Assembly: GCA_963811425.1 (NCBI GenBank)
Contig: CAWERV010000010.1
Span: 14,072-78,071 of the forward strand
DNA: 64,000 nt
Source: an uncultured Acidobacteriota bacterium
GTDB lineage: Bacteria > Acidobacteriota > Thermoanaerobaculia > UBA5066 > Gp7-AA6
Reading direction: 5' to 3'
Below, piece after piece: positions 10,976 to 19,155 of this stretch. Within the stretch, counting starts at the first letter, position 1. Each line of letters opens with the position of its first letter. The position numbers and the translations under genes were made by a program. The notes below the pieces were generated by a model. That model was not told the origin of the DNA, ran no database searches, and saw only the letters and a list, made by a program, of their open reading frames with translations.

Positions 10976-11755
10976 ATGCCGACCGCCCTGGTCACCGGCG
11001 CCTCGAGCGGAATCGGCCTGGAGCTCGCCACTCTCCTCGCGCGCGACCGCCACGACCTCGTCTTCGTCGCCCGTAACCGCGACCGCCTCGAGACGATCGC
11101 CCGCGGCCTCAAGGAGGAATTCGGCGTTGCCGTCACCATTCTCGCCACCGATCTCTCCGACCCCGCCGCCCCCGATTCGATCGGGAAGCATCTCGCCGAC
11201 CGCTCCCTCCCGATCGACATCCTGGTCAACAACGCGGGCTTCGGGACTTACGGCCTCTTCGCGAAGGCGCCGCTCGAGATGCTCATCGAGATGATCCGCG
11301 TCAACATCATGGCGCTCACTCATCTCACCAGGCTTCTTCTGCCCGCAATGCTCGAGCGCCGCCGCGGCCGCATCTTGAACGTCGCCTCGACCGCCGCGTT
11401 CCAACCCGGCCCGCTCATGGCCGTCTACTACGCGACGAAGGCGTACGTACTGTCCTTTTCCGAGGCCATCGCCAACGAGACATCCGGCACTGGCGTCACC
11501 GTCACCGCTCTCTGCCCCGGCCCCACCGTCACTGACTTCCAGAAGCGCGCCGGCTTCGGGAAGACCCGCCTCTTCCGCGGTCCGCTCCTCATGGATGCGC
11601 CGACCGTCGCCCGCAGCGGCTATGACGGCTTGATGCGCGGTAAGCGTCTGGTCATCCCCGGCCTCGCGAACCGCTTGCTCGTGCAGGCCCTCCGCGTCAC
11701 GCCGCGCCGCCTCGCAACGGCGATCGCGCGAGAGATTCAGGAATCGAGAGACTGA
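10976..11755 (+). CDS. SDR family NAD(P)-dependent oxidoreductase
   Basis: Start is M101 of the track ORF: MPTALVTGASSGIGLELA (TGxxxGxG), NNAG, YYATKAYVLSFSEAI (YxxxK). Confidence 0.85.
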   Translation: MPTALVTGASSGIGLELATLLARDRHDLVFVARNRDRLETIARGLKEEFGVAVTILATDLSDPAAPDSIGKHLADRSLPIDILVNNAGFGTYGLFAKAPLEMLIEMIRVNIMALTHLTRLLLPAMLERRRGRILNVASTAAFQPGPLMAVYYATKAYVLSFSEAIANETSGTGVTVTALCPGPTVTDFQKRAGFGKTRLFRGPLLMDAPTVARSGYDGLMRGKRLVIPGLANRLLVQALRVTPRRLATAIAREIQESRD

Positions 11756-11792
11756 GGCGGACGTTAGCGGAGTGCAGACTGGAGCGCATCGA

Positions 11793-12167
11793 ATGATCCG
11801 GACCTTCCAGACGCTCATGAGCATCGGGCTCGCGGCGGCCGCCGCAGCCCACGCCGCGGACGGCCCGATCACCACCCGGACCGGTTGGTTCGCGGACCAG
11901 AAATGCGCCTCCTCCCGAGTGGCGGACGGGCGTGTCGGCCCGCCCGGCCGCACGTGCACCCAGGAGTGCATCCGCAAGGGCGTCCCGGTCGTCTTCATCG
12001 ACGAGAAGACGAAGAAGCTCTATCGCGTGAGCAATCCCGCCGTCACCCGGGGCCAGGAGTGCGACCATGTCGAGATCACGGCGACGATCGACCAAAAGGC
12101 GGGAGCCCTCGCGGTGGCGACGATCAAGGTGCTCGAAGCGTACGTCGCCACGTGCGCGGTGCAGTGA
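11793..12167 (+). CDS. small secreted Cys-containing hypothetical protein
   Basis: MIRTFQTLMSIGLAAAAAAHAADGP is a signal peptide. Mature ~100 aa with 4-5 Cys; GGAG SD 8 nt upstream. Confidence 0.5.
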   Translation: MIRTFQTLMSIGLAAAAAAHAADGPITTRTGWFADQKCASSRVADGRVGPPGRTCTQECIRKGVPVVFIDEKTKKLYRVSNPAVTRGQECDHVEITATIDQKAGALAVATIKVLEAYVATCAVQ

Positions 12168-12222
12168 CGGACCATGTCGCCCCCAAGCCCGAATCGTCTG
12201 GAGTTCGCTACACTGACGACCC

Positions 12223-12312
<90 letters not shown>

Positions 12313-12412
12313 ACTCGAAGCCGCCAGCCGGGGATTCGACCCGGCCACCGACCCGGCCACCGGAGGCAGAACCTCGGCGAGGACCTGTAGCCTCGATATA
12401 GAGTCCATTCCG

Positions 12413-14089
12413 TTGCCCACCTCTCGAGGACTCCGGCTGCTACAGCTATCGGCGTTCGCGGCCGTCAGCCTCGCCATGAATTTCGGGCCGCGACCGCAAG
12501 ACGTGGCCGTCGCGCCGGCAAAGGCCGCCGCGTTGCGGGACATCGTCGCGAGCGGCCGTCTCTCGGACCTGCGCTGGCCGGATTTTTCCGACTACAAGGT
12601 CCTCGTGGACGGCTTCTATGCGCCGGCCGGCTACGCGCCGGCCTGGATCCGGGAAGGACAGCCTTCCGCGTCGGCGCTCTCCATGGTTCAGGCCTTCCGG
12701 GACGCCTGGAAGAGTGGACTCGAGCCCGAGGATTACGACGCGTCCCGATGGGACGCCCGCCTCCAGGGCCTGAAGGGTTCGAACGCCGATCCCGCGCGCT
12801 TCGACGTGGCGCTCACGGTCTGCGCGATGCGCCTCGTGTCCGATCTGCACATCGGGCGGATCAACCCGCAGCACTTCCACTTCGGCCTGAGCGTCGAGGC
12901 GAAGGAATACGACCTGCCGCGCTTCCTCCGCGATCGGCTGATGGCGGCCGCGGACATCTCCGCCCTGCTGGCCGGGGTCGAGCCTCCGTTCGGCGGTTAT
13001 CGACGGACCGAGGCGGCGCTGGTCCGCTACACGGAGCTGGCGCGGGGTCCTGCCCTGGAACCGCTACCCGTCCCGGCGAAGGCCATCCGACCGGGTGAGA
13101 CGTACGCCGGTGCACCGGCGCTTGCCCGGCGCCTCGCCCTGCTGGGCGATCTCGCGCCCGATGCGGCGCCGGCCGCCAATGCCGACGTCTACGGCGGCGC
13201 GCTGGTCGAAGGGGTCAAGCGCTTTCAGCGCCGCCACGGCCTCGACGACGACGGCCGGCTCGGACCGGGCACCGTCAAGCAGCTCAACGTTCCGCTCGCG
13301 GATCGCGTCCGGCAGCTTCAGCTCGCGCTCGAGCGCTGGCGCTGGCTGCCATCGGAGTTTTCGGCGCCTCCGATCGTCGTGAACATCCCCGACTTCCGGC
13401 TGCGCGCGGCCGACGCGAAGGGCAACGTCGCCATGGAGATGCGCGTCGTCGTCGGTAAGGCGGCGCCGACGCAGACGCCGGTCTTCTCGCGGGACATGAC
13501 CTACGTCGTCTTCCGCCCGTACTGGAACGTCCCGCCGAGCATCCGCGCCGGCGAGATCGTGCCCGCCATCCAGCGCAACCGGAACTATGTCGCCGAGAAG
13601 CGCTACGAGGTGACCACCCCGGACGGCAAGGTCGTCACCGACGGCCCGATCTCCGACGACGTCCTCGCGCAGCTGAAGGCCGGCCGGCTCGCCGTTCGGC
13701 AGAAGCCCGGCCCGGCCAACGCCCTGGGGCTCGTCAAGCTGATCTTCCCGAACGAGTTCAACGTGTACCTGCACAGCACGCCGTCGCAGGCGCTGTTTGC
13801 AAAGAGCCGGAGGGACTTCAGCCACGGCTGCATCCGCGTCGAGAAGCCGGCCGAGCTCGCCGCCTGGGTGCTCCGCAACAACCCCGACTGGACGCTCGAG
13901 CGCGTGCAGGAGGCGATGCAGTCGGGACCGGACGACGTGACCGTGAAGCTCGAGCGCCCGGTGCCGGTCTTCATCGTCTATGCGACGGCGCTCGCCTACG
14001 AGAACGGCGAGGTGCACTTCTACGACGACATCTACGGCCACGACGCCGACCTCGCGCAGGCGCTGGCCAAGGGCTACCCGTACCCCTGA
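12413..14089 (+). CDS. ldtD: L,D-transpeptidase family protein with peptidoglycan-binding domain (YcbB/LdtD-like)
   Basis: 558 aa, signal peptide. PG_binding_1-like RFQRRHGLDDDGRLGPGTVKQL and YkuD catalytic region HSTPSQALFAKSRRDFSHGCIRV. TTG start 12413 (alternative ATG 12476). Confidence 0.75.
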   Translation: MPTSRGLRLLQLSAFAAVSLAMNFGPRPQDVAVAPAKAAALRDIVASGRLSDLRWPDFSDYKVLVDGFYAPAGYAPAWIREGQPSASALSMVQAFRDAWKSGLEPEDYDASRWDARLQGLKGSNADPARFDVALTVCAMRLVSDLHIGRINPQHFHFGLSVEAKEYDLPRFLRDRLMAAADISALLAGVEPPFGGYRRTEAALVRYTELARGPALEPLPVPAKAIRPGETYAGAPALARRLALLGDLAPDAAPAANADVYGGALVEGVKRFQRRHGLDDDGRLGPGTVKQLNVPLADRVRQLQLALERWRWLPSEFSAPPIVVNIPDFRLRAADAKGNVAMEMRVVVGKAAPTQTPVFSRDMTYVVFRPYWNVPPSIRAGEIVPAIQRNRNYVAEKRYEVTTPDGKVVTDGPISDDVLAQLKAGRLAVRQKPGPANALGLVKLIFPNEFNVYLHSTPSQALFAKSRRDFSHGCIRVEKPAELAAWVLRNNPDWTLERVQEAMQSGPDDVTVKLERPVPVFIVYATALAYENGEVHFYDDIYGHDADLAQALAKGYPYP

Positions 14090-14099
14090 ACGAGCGGCC

Positions 14100-14657
14100 C
14101 TACCAGCGCCGGACGCGCCCGACGTCGACGTGCACGAAGTCGGACGCGGCGTAGTACCCGACTCCGCCGCGACCCAGACGCAGCGCGGCATCGCGAAGCT
14201 CCGCCGTCGGCACGCCCGGCACGCGGATGTCGATCGCCATCGCTTGCATGTGCATGCTGTGCCGCGCGACGCCGTGCCCGCTCTCCCGCAGGGACTCGTT
14301 GGTGGCCGGCGTGCGATAACCGCAGATCACGTCGATCTCGGCGTCGGGCCGTCCGAGGGAACCCAGCAGGTCGCGGAGCAGGTCCAGAAGGCGCGGGTCG
14401 TACGCATGCACGTCGTCCTTCCGCCAGTCGCGCAGGACGCGATCGACCCGGGTCAGCGCGGCGGGATCGTAGCCATCCGCGTGCCGGTATACGACGTCGA
14501 GACGCTCCCCGGTGTGGAGATGGTGGAAGCGCAGGCGGTACGGCTCTCCGGCCGCGGGGCCCACGTCCGAGACGGCGGGAGCCGGCGCGAGGAGCATGCC
14601 GATGAGGCCAACGAGCGCCAGGAAGCGTCGAGATGCGTTCGAATGCAGTAATCGCAA
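14100..14657 (-). CDS. mepK: DUF882 / peptidase M15-like protein (YcbK/MepK-like murein endopeptidase) with Tat signal
   Basis: 185 aa with TTG start. Twin-arginine motif SRRFLALVGLIGMLLAPAPAVS. Conserved DUF882 core ...ICGYRTPATNESLRESGHGVARHSMHMQAMAIDIRVPGV...DFVHVDVG. Convergent with the LdtD-like gene, as in E. coli ycbB-ycbK. Confidence 0.7.
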   Translation of the reverse strand: MRLLHSNASRRFLALVGLIGMLLAPAPAVSDVGPAAGEPYRLRFHHLHTGERLDVVYRHADGYDPAALTRVDRVLRDWRKDDVHAYDPRLLDLLRDLLGSLGRPDAEIDVICGYRTPATNESLRESGHGVARHSMHMQAMAIDIRVPGVPTAELRDAALRLGRGGVGYYAASDFVHVDVGRVRRW

Positions 14658-14810
14658 GGAATCACCCCTGATTGGAGAATCGCCGCCCGAGGTTCCGAGC
14701 GCACGCCGGTCGAGGCGGCGCTGAGGATACCACGGCAGAAGAACCGAATCCGTGGGCGACTTGCCAGTGATCGGCCCAATTTCGACTTGAACCGGCCCTT
14801 CGAGGCCGCC

Positions 14811-15278
14811 TCAGGGCGCTAGCGTCTGAGACCCGGGCGGCAGCAGCGGGTCGCAGAAGGCCTCCCATCGGTCTTTTCGCTCGGAGTCGGTCGCCGGATG
14901 AATTGCGCTCTGGCTGCCGAAGGCCGACCTCGCGAGCGTGGCGACCAGGATGGGAACGGGGGCCTGGAGATCGAGGTCGAAGGTTGCAAGCTCGTATCCG
15001 GGCGCCGTCACTTCGAGCCGGAAACGGCGTTCGCCCCGCGGAGCGAAATGGGAGACCAGAAAGCAGCCGAACATGTCGGTCGAGGCCATTGCGACCGGAT
15101 TCGAACCCGCGACGCTCACGACACGCACCGATGCCGTCGCGACGAGCCCGCCCTGCTCGTCCTGGACGATCCCGCGGGTCCAGATCGAGGCGCATCCGGC
15201 CGTCAGCCAGACCGCGGGAAGCGCGACGACGAGAAGCGCAGAAGAGCTCCTGATCTTGGTTCGATGGATCGGCGGCAT
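14811..15278 (-). CDS. lipoprotein with carboxypeptidase-regulatory-like domain
   Basis: Hidden in the tail of spurious ORF 14811..17153. ATG 15278 gives MPPIHRTKIRSSSALLVVALPAVWLTAGC (lipobox LTAGC), then VRVVSVAGSNPVAMASTDMFGCFLVSHFAPRGERRFRLEVTAPGYELATFDLDL. Confidence 0.6.
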   Translation of the reverse strand: MPPIHRTKIRSSSALLVVALPAVWLTAGCASIWTRGIVQDEQGGLVATASVRVVSVAGSNPVAMASTDMFGCFLVSHFAPRGERRFRLEVTAPGYELATFDLDLQAPVPILVATLARSAFGSQSAIHPATDSERKDRWEAFCDPLLPPGSQTLAP

Positions 15279-15385
15279 CGCCGTTCGTGGTTCGCGACGA
15301 ACGAACTCTTCGAGGACGGCCAGGTCGAGCAGGGTGTTTCCACTGTTTGACCGGGACCGGGTGGCTGCCCGCGCGCTTGCGCCCC

Positions 15386-17128
15386 TCAAGGCGACTCGCT
15401 CGACGGTTGCGCCAGGGGTCGCCAGGGCAGGACGCGGGTGCAGCGAGGACAGTCGCCCACGATGATCGATGCCGAGGATGAGCTCGAGCCCGAGTCGTTC
15501 GAAACCGTCAGCGTCACGACGTACGAGCCGGAGGCTCCGTACGTGTTCGTCGGATCCTGTTCCCTCGAGGTCTTGCCGTCTCCGAAGTCCCACGACCAAG
15601 CCGTAGGCGTCCCCGTCGACGTATCGGTGAACTGGACCGCGGCGCCGACATCCGGCGAAACGGGAGCGTGGGTGAAGCTCGCCGCAGGAGCACTTGGGTT
15701 CACAGGGTCCAGCCACTTTTCGAGGTGGGGATACGACATCCAGAAGACTCCGTCGACGGCCTGGTAGGACTGCGTGCACGCGTTCGCGACTCCCGGACAG
15801 CTGCCCTTGAGCTGGCCGACGACCCGGCCATCCTCGAGAAGCGCCGCCGCGCCGGAGCTGCCGGCGGTCTCGTTGCCGACCGTGGGGCTCGAATAGACGA
15901 AGTTCGGAACGGGCACGCCCGGGCAGAGCGTCGGCGCCGACTCGACGACGCTCACGGAGTAGGACTGCGGGAGCGGAGGCTGGGTCGGCGCCGGGAAGGA
16001 CACGCGGTACAGCGTCGCGCCGGGAGCCACGGAAGACGGATCCGAGCTCCATCCGAGAAACCGGCGGTTGGGCGGCACGCTTTCGAGCAGCACGAGCGTG
16101 TAGTCCGAGTCCTCGCCGGTCGCGAGGAGGGTGGACCCGTGGCTTCGCGGGAGCGTCTCGATCGGCGGGACGAGACCAAAGCACGTGGCCGTGGTGTAGT
16201 CCCAGAAAGCGTCGAGCGTCGAAGCGACCTCCTGCGTGCCGAAGCAATGATGGGCGGTCAGCAGATACGGCGTCCCGTCCTCCGCCGTGTTGTTGAGAAG
16301 CGTCGCCGTGCAGGAGTACGCGATGCCGCCCGACATGTACGCGATGAGCGCGACCGCTTTGCGAACGGATTCGATCGGCGCGAACGTCGACGGGCCAATG
16401 CACGTCGCATCCTGGAAACAGGGGGCCGAGACGGCATCGGGCGGCAGAGCGGACGCGAGCGTTTCCGAGCCGAAGATCTCGCCGACCTCGCGGACGGAGA
16501 ACACGGCGTCCTCGGCGGCGCCCGGAGGGAGCTCGACATCGAGGTAGACGGTTTCGCTGAAGACCGTGGGCGTCCAGAGGTCGCGATTCGGTGAAACGAG
16601 CCCGGTTCCGAACCGGCGCGGTTCCTGGCCCGTGCCCCACGTCCACAGGCGGCTGCCGGGCGGCAGTCGAACCCCGGTGAGGTGGAGGCGCAGCCCGTAG
16701 GCGCCGGAGACGCGGACGCTCGTTCCCCAGACGATCGGCCCTTGCGCCGTCGACCGCACCACACCGTGCGCCCGGCGGGCGGCTTCGGAAGCGAGCGGCC
16801 CCCGATCGAAAACCGCAGTGATCGGCTCGGGAAGCAGCCGGGAGAATCCGATGCGCTGCGGCTGCCGCCCCTCCCGGTTCCACGTGAGCAGCGCGTCGAG
16901 CTCCTCGGCGGCTGCATCCCGCGCGGGCAGGAGCGACATCTGCTCGGCGGCGGCGACGGTCTCGGCGAGGCGCATCGGAGCCAACGTCTCCGCTTTCGCG
17001 CTCGTCGGCTCGCCCGGGACGTAGGTTCCCAGGCTGCGGTGCGTCGCTCCCGGCGTGGCTTCGAGCGCAGTGCCCGCCCGAGCGATCAGCAGTGCGCAGA
17101 AGACGATTGGGAAGGGTCGCAGGGCCAT
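15386..17128 (-). CDS. secreted S1 family (trypsin-like) serine peptidase with C-terminal PKD domain
   Basis: 580 aa with signal peptide MALRPFPIVFCALLIARAGTA. TAHHC (catalytic His region) and GSSGAAAL (catalytic Ser) present. PKD domain WSWDFGDGKTSREQDPTNTYGASGSYVVTLTVSND. Confidence 0.8.
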   Translation of the reverse strand: MALRPFPIVFCALLIARAGTALEATPGATHRSLGTYVPGEPTSAKAETLAPMRLAETVAAAEQMSLLPARDAAAEELDALLTWNREGRQPQRIGFSRLLPEPITAVFDRGPLASEAARRAHGVVRSTAQGPIVWGTSVRVSGAYGLRLHLTGVRLPPGSRLWTWGTGQEPRRFGTGLVSPNRDLWTPTVFSETVYLDVELPPGAAEDAVFSVREVGEIFGSETLASALPPDAVSAPCFQDATCIGPSTFAPIESVRKAVALIAYMSGGIAYSCTATLLNNTAEDGTPYLLTAHHCFGTQEVASTLDAFWDYTTATCFGLVPPIETLPRSHGSTLLATGEDSDYTLVLLESVPPNRRFLGWSSDPSSVAPGATLYRVSFPAPTQPPLPQSYSVSVVESAPTLCPGVPVPNFVYSSPTVGNETAGSSGAAALLEDGRVVGQLKGSCPGVANACTQSYQAVDGVFWMSYPHLEKWLDPVNPSAPAASFTHAPVSPDVGAAVQFTDTSTGTPTAWSWDFGDGKTSREQDPTNTYGASGSYVVTLTVSNDSGSSSSSASIIVGDCPRCTRVLPWRPLAQPSSESP

Positions 17129-17302
17129 GGTGGATCGTGGAGACTCGAATCATATGCCGGCGTCACCGTATCGGGCAGTGGCGGGGGAAGCGGCGCTTTG
17201 GCCTACCCTGGGATATCGTGATTTCGCCGGCTCGAAGCCGGACCCGGCGCGTCTTTCGAGAGCTGCCGAAGGCCGGGCCTTTCCGAGAGGGTTCGCGTCC
17301 TC

Positions 17303-17686
17303 ATGATCGTGTTGCTGCCGCCGATCTGGCTGATCCGAGTCGCCGTGTCCGCGGTGTGGCTCTACGAGGGGCTCTGGTGCAAATTGCTCGGTGGAGAACC
17401 GCACCAGCTCCGCGTCGTGGAAGCGGTGCCCCGCTTCGATCCGGGCCGCAGCGCGCCCTTCCTGAAGTCTCTGGGAGCGGTCGAGACCGGTCTGGCCCTG
17501 TGGGCGATCACGGGCATCGCGGCCGTTCCGTGCGCGGTCGTACAAACGTCGCTCCTCGTCGCGCTGAACGCAGGCGGTCTGCTCTGGGCGCGGCGAATCA
17601 TTCACGACCCGGCCGGGATGGTAGTCAAGAATCTCGCCTTCCTCGTGCTGGTCTGGGTCTCGGCGGGCCTGCCCCGATGGAGCTGA
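17303..17686 (+). CDS. small DoxX-like integral membrane protein
   Basis: 127 aa, 3-4 predicted TM segments (VAVSAVWLYEGLWCKLLGG..., TGLALWAITGIAAVPCAVVQTSLLVALNAGGLLWA). Overlaps the next gene by 10 bp. Confidence 0.5.
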   Translation: MIVLLPPIWLIRVAVSAVWLYEGLWCKLLGGEPHQLRVVEAVPRFDPGRSAPFLKSLGAVETGLALWAITGIAAVPCAVVQTSLLVALNAGGLLWARRIIHDPAGMVVKNLAFLVLVWVSAGLPRWS

Positions 17687-18582
17687 CGGCAGGCGTTGCG
17701 CAGACCGCCTGGGAGCGCGGCCGCTTCGACGCGCGCGCGGGCCCGAGCAAGCTTCTTTTCGGCCGCATGCACGAGGACGTGTCGATCGAGCTCGGCGCCT
17801 TCCGCCCCGGCGGGCGCGTCTTCTGCGTCGCGTCGGCCGGCTGCACGGCGATGGAGCTGTCACGCCGACACGAGGTCGTCGCGGCCGACATCAATCCGGT
17901 TCAAATCGCCTATGTCCGGCGACGGTTGTCCGGAGAGCCCGGCTCCCGCGGCGCGGCCGAACGCATGATGGCCTTCGGGCGCGGTCTGGCTCCCCTGGCA
18001 GGTTGGCGGCCCTCAAGAGTCCGCGAGTTCCTCGACCTCGACACTCCGGCCGAGCAGACCGCGTACTGGCGCCAGCACCTGGATACCTGGCCGTTCCGCA
18101 GGGCGATGGACGCCGCTCTCTCGACACCGGTGCTGCGCATGTTCTACGCGCGGCCCTTTCTCCGTTCCCTTCCGAGGGGCTTGGGCAGCGTTCTGCGCCG
18201 CCGCATGGAGCGGTGCTTCGCCCGGCACCCCAACCGCGACAACGTCTACGCGCGCGCGTTGCTCCTGGGTGAGCTGTCGGAGCTCCCGGCGCCGCCGCAG
18301 GCGCAGAGAGTCCGGCTCGTCCATGCCGACGCCGCGGCCTGTCTCGAGCGCGAGCCGCCGGGGAGCTTCGACGGATTCACTCTGTCGAACATTCTCGACG
18401 GAGCCAATCCGGCGTACGGGCAGCGGCTGGCGGCGGCGGTCCGGCGAGCCGCCGCCCCCGGCGCGCTCGCCGTCATCCGCAGCTTCGGCGAACCTCCGAG
18501 CGAGTCGCCGACGAACCGCGCCGCCGCAGATCGGGCCATGCTCTGGGGAATCGTCGACGTCAGACCAGCGGCAACGCTGTGA
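17677..18582 (+). CDS. DUF3419 family protein (BtaA-like SAM-dependent 3-amino-3-carboxypropyl transferase fold)
   Basis: Start is M196 of track ORF 17092..18582: MELTAGVAQTAWERG...LLFGRMHEDVSIELGAF...GGRVFCVASAGCTAMELS...HEVVAADINPVQIAYVRRRL. Confidence 0.65.
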   Translation: MELTAGVAQTAWERGRFDARAGPSKLLFGRMHEDVSIELGAFRPGGRVFCVASAGCTAMELSRRHEVVAADINPVQIAYVRRRLSGEPGSRGAAERMMAFGRGLAPLAGWRPSRVREFLDLDTPAEQTAYWRQHLDTWPFRRAMDAALSTPVLRMFYARPFLRSLPRGLGSVLRRRMERCFARHPNRDNVYARALLLGELSELPAPPQAQRVRLVHADAAACLEREPPGSFDGFTLSNILDGANPAYGQRLAAAVRRAAAPGALAVIRSFGEPPSESPTNRAAADRAMLWGIVDVRPAATL

Positions 18583-19124
18583 GGAACGCGAGCCCGCCGA
18601 ACCCGACGTCTGTCGTCACCGCGATGAGGTTCTCCGCATCGCCGGGGCAGGTCTGGGATGGGCTGATGTTCTACGAGCAGATTCCGCGCCGCCCGCCGCT
18701 CCACTTACGCCTACTGTTGCCGGCGCCGATGCGCGCAGAAGCTCGCCGGTTGGATGTCGGCGACGAGACGCGGTGCATCTACGACAGGGGCCACCTGCTC
18801 AAGCGCGTGACGCGCATCGACCCGCGGCGCCACTATGGGTTCGACGTCATCGAACAGGAACTCCCGATCGGCAGAGGGATCCGGCTCGCGGGCGGCAGCT
18901 ACTCGCTCATCGAGCTCCCGGGTGGCTCGACGCGGATCGAGCTCGAGACTCGGTACGTCGGCGCGATGCGCCCCCGCTGGCTGGGGATGCGGGTCGAGGC
19001 GGCCGTCTGCCACGCCTTCCATCGTCACATCCTCGGTGAAATGCGACGCGAGGTGGAGTCGCGCGGGCCCGCGACGCAGGACTCTCTCCATCGAGCCCGG
19101 GGTCCCTCGCCTCGCTCGGGATGA
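18579..19124 (+). CDS. SRPBCC family protein (polyketide cyclase/START-like ligand-binding fold)
   Basis: GTG start overlapping the previous stop (GTGA). SVVTAMRFSASPGQVWDGLMFYEQIP is a typical SRPBCC N-terminus. Confidence 0.65.
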   Translation: MRNASPPNPTSVVTAMRFSASPGQVWDGLMFYEQIPRRPPLHLRLLLPAPMRAEARRLDVGDETRCIYDRGHLLKRVTRIDPRRHYGFDVIEQELPIGRGIRLAGGSYSLIELPGGSTRIELETRYVGAMRPRWLGMRVEAAVCHAFHRHILGEMRREVESRGPATQDSLHRARGPSPRSG

Positions 19125-19128
19125 CGGC
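19099..19128. repeat. half-copy (right half) of the REP-like element
   Basis: GGGGTCCCTCGCCTCGCTCGGGATGACGGC at the convergent junction of the SRPBCC and amidohydrolase genes. Confidence 0.5.
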
Positions 19129-19155
19129 GGGTGAGGCCACCCTCGGCGCGCCTCT

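Noticed and set aside
14811-17153. 780-aa minus-strand ORF
   Set aside because: Wrong-frame read-through across the S1/PKD protease gene. Only its last 155 codons (14811-15278) encode a real lipoprotein.
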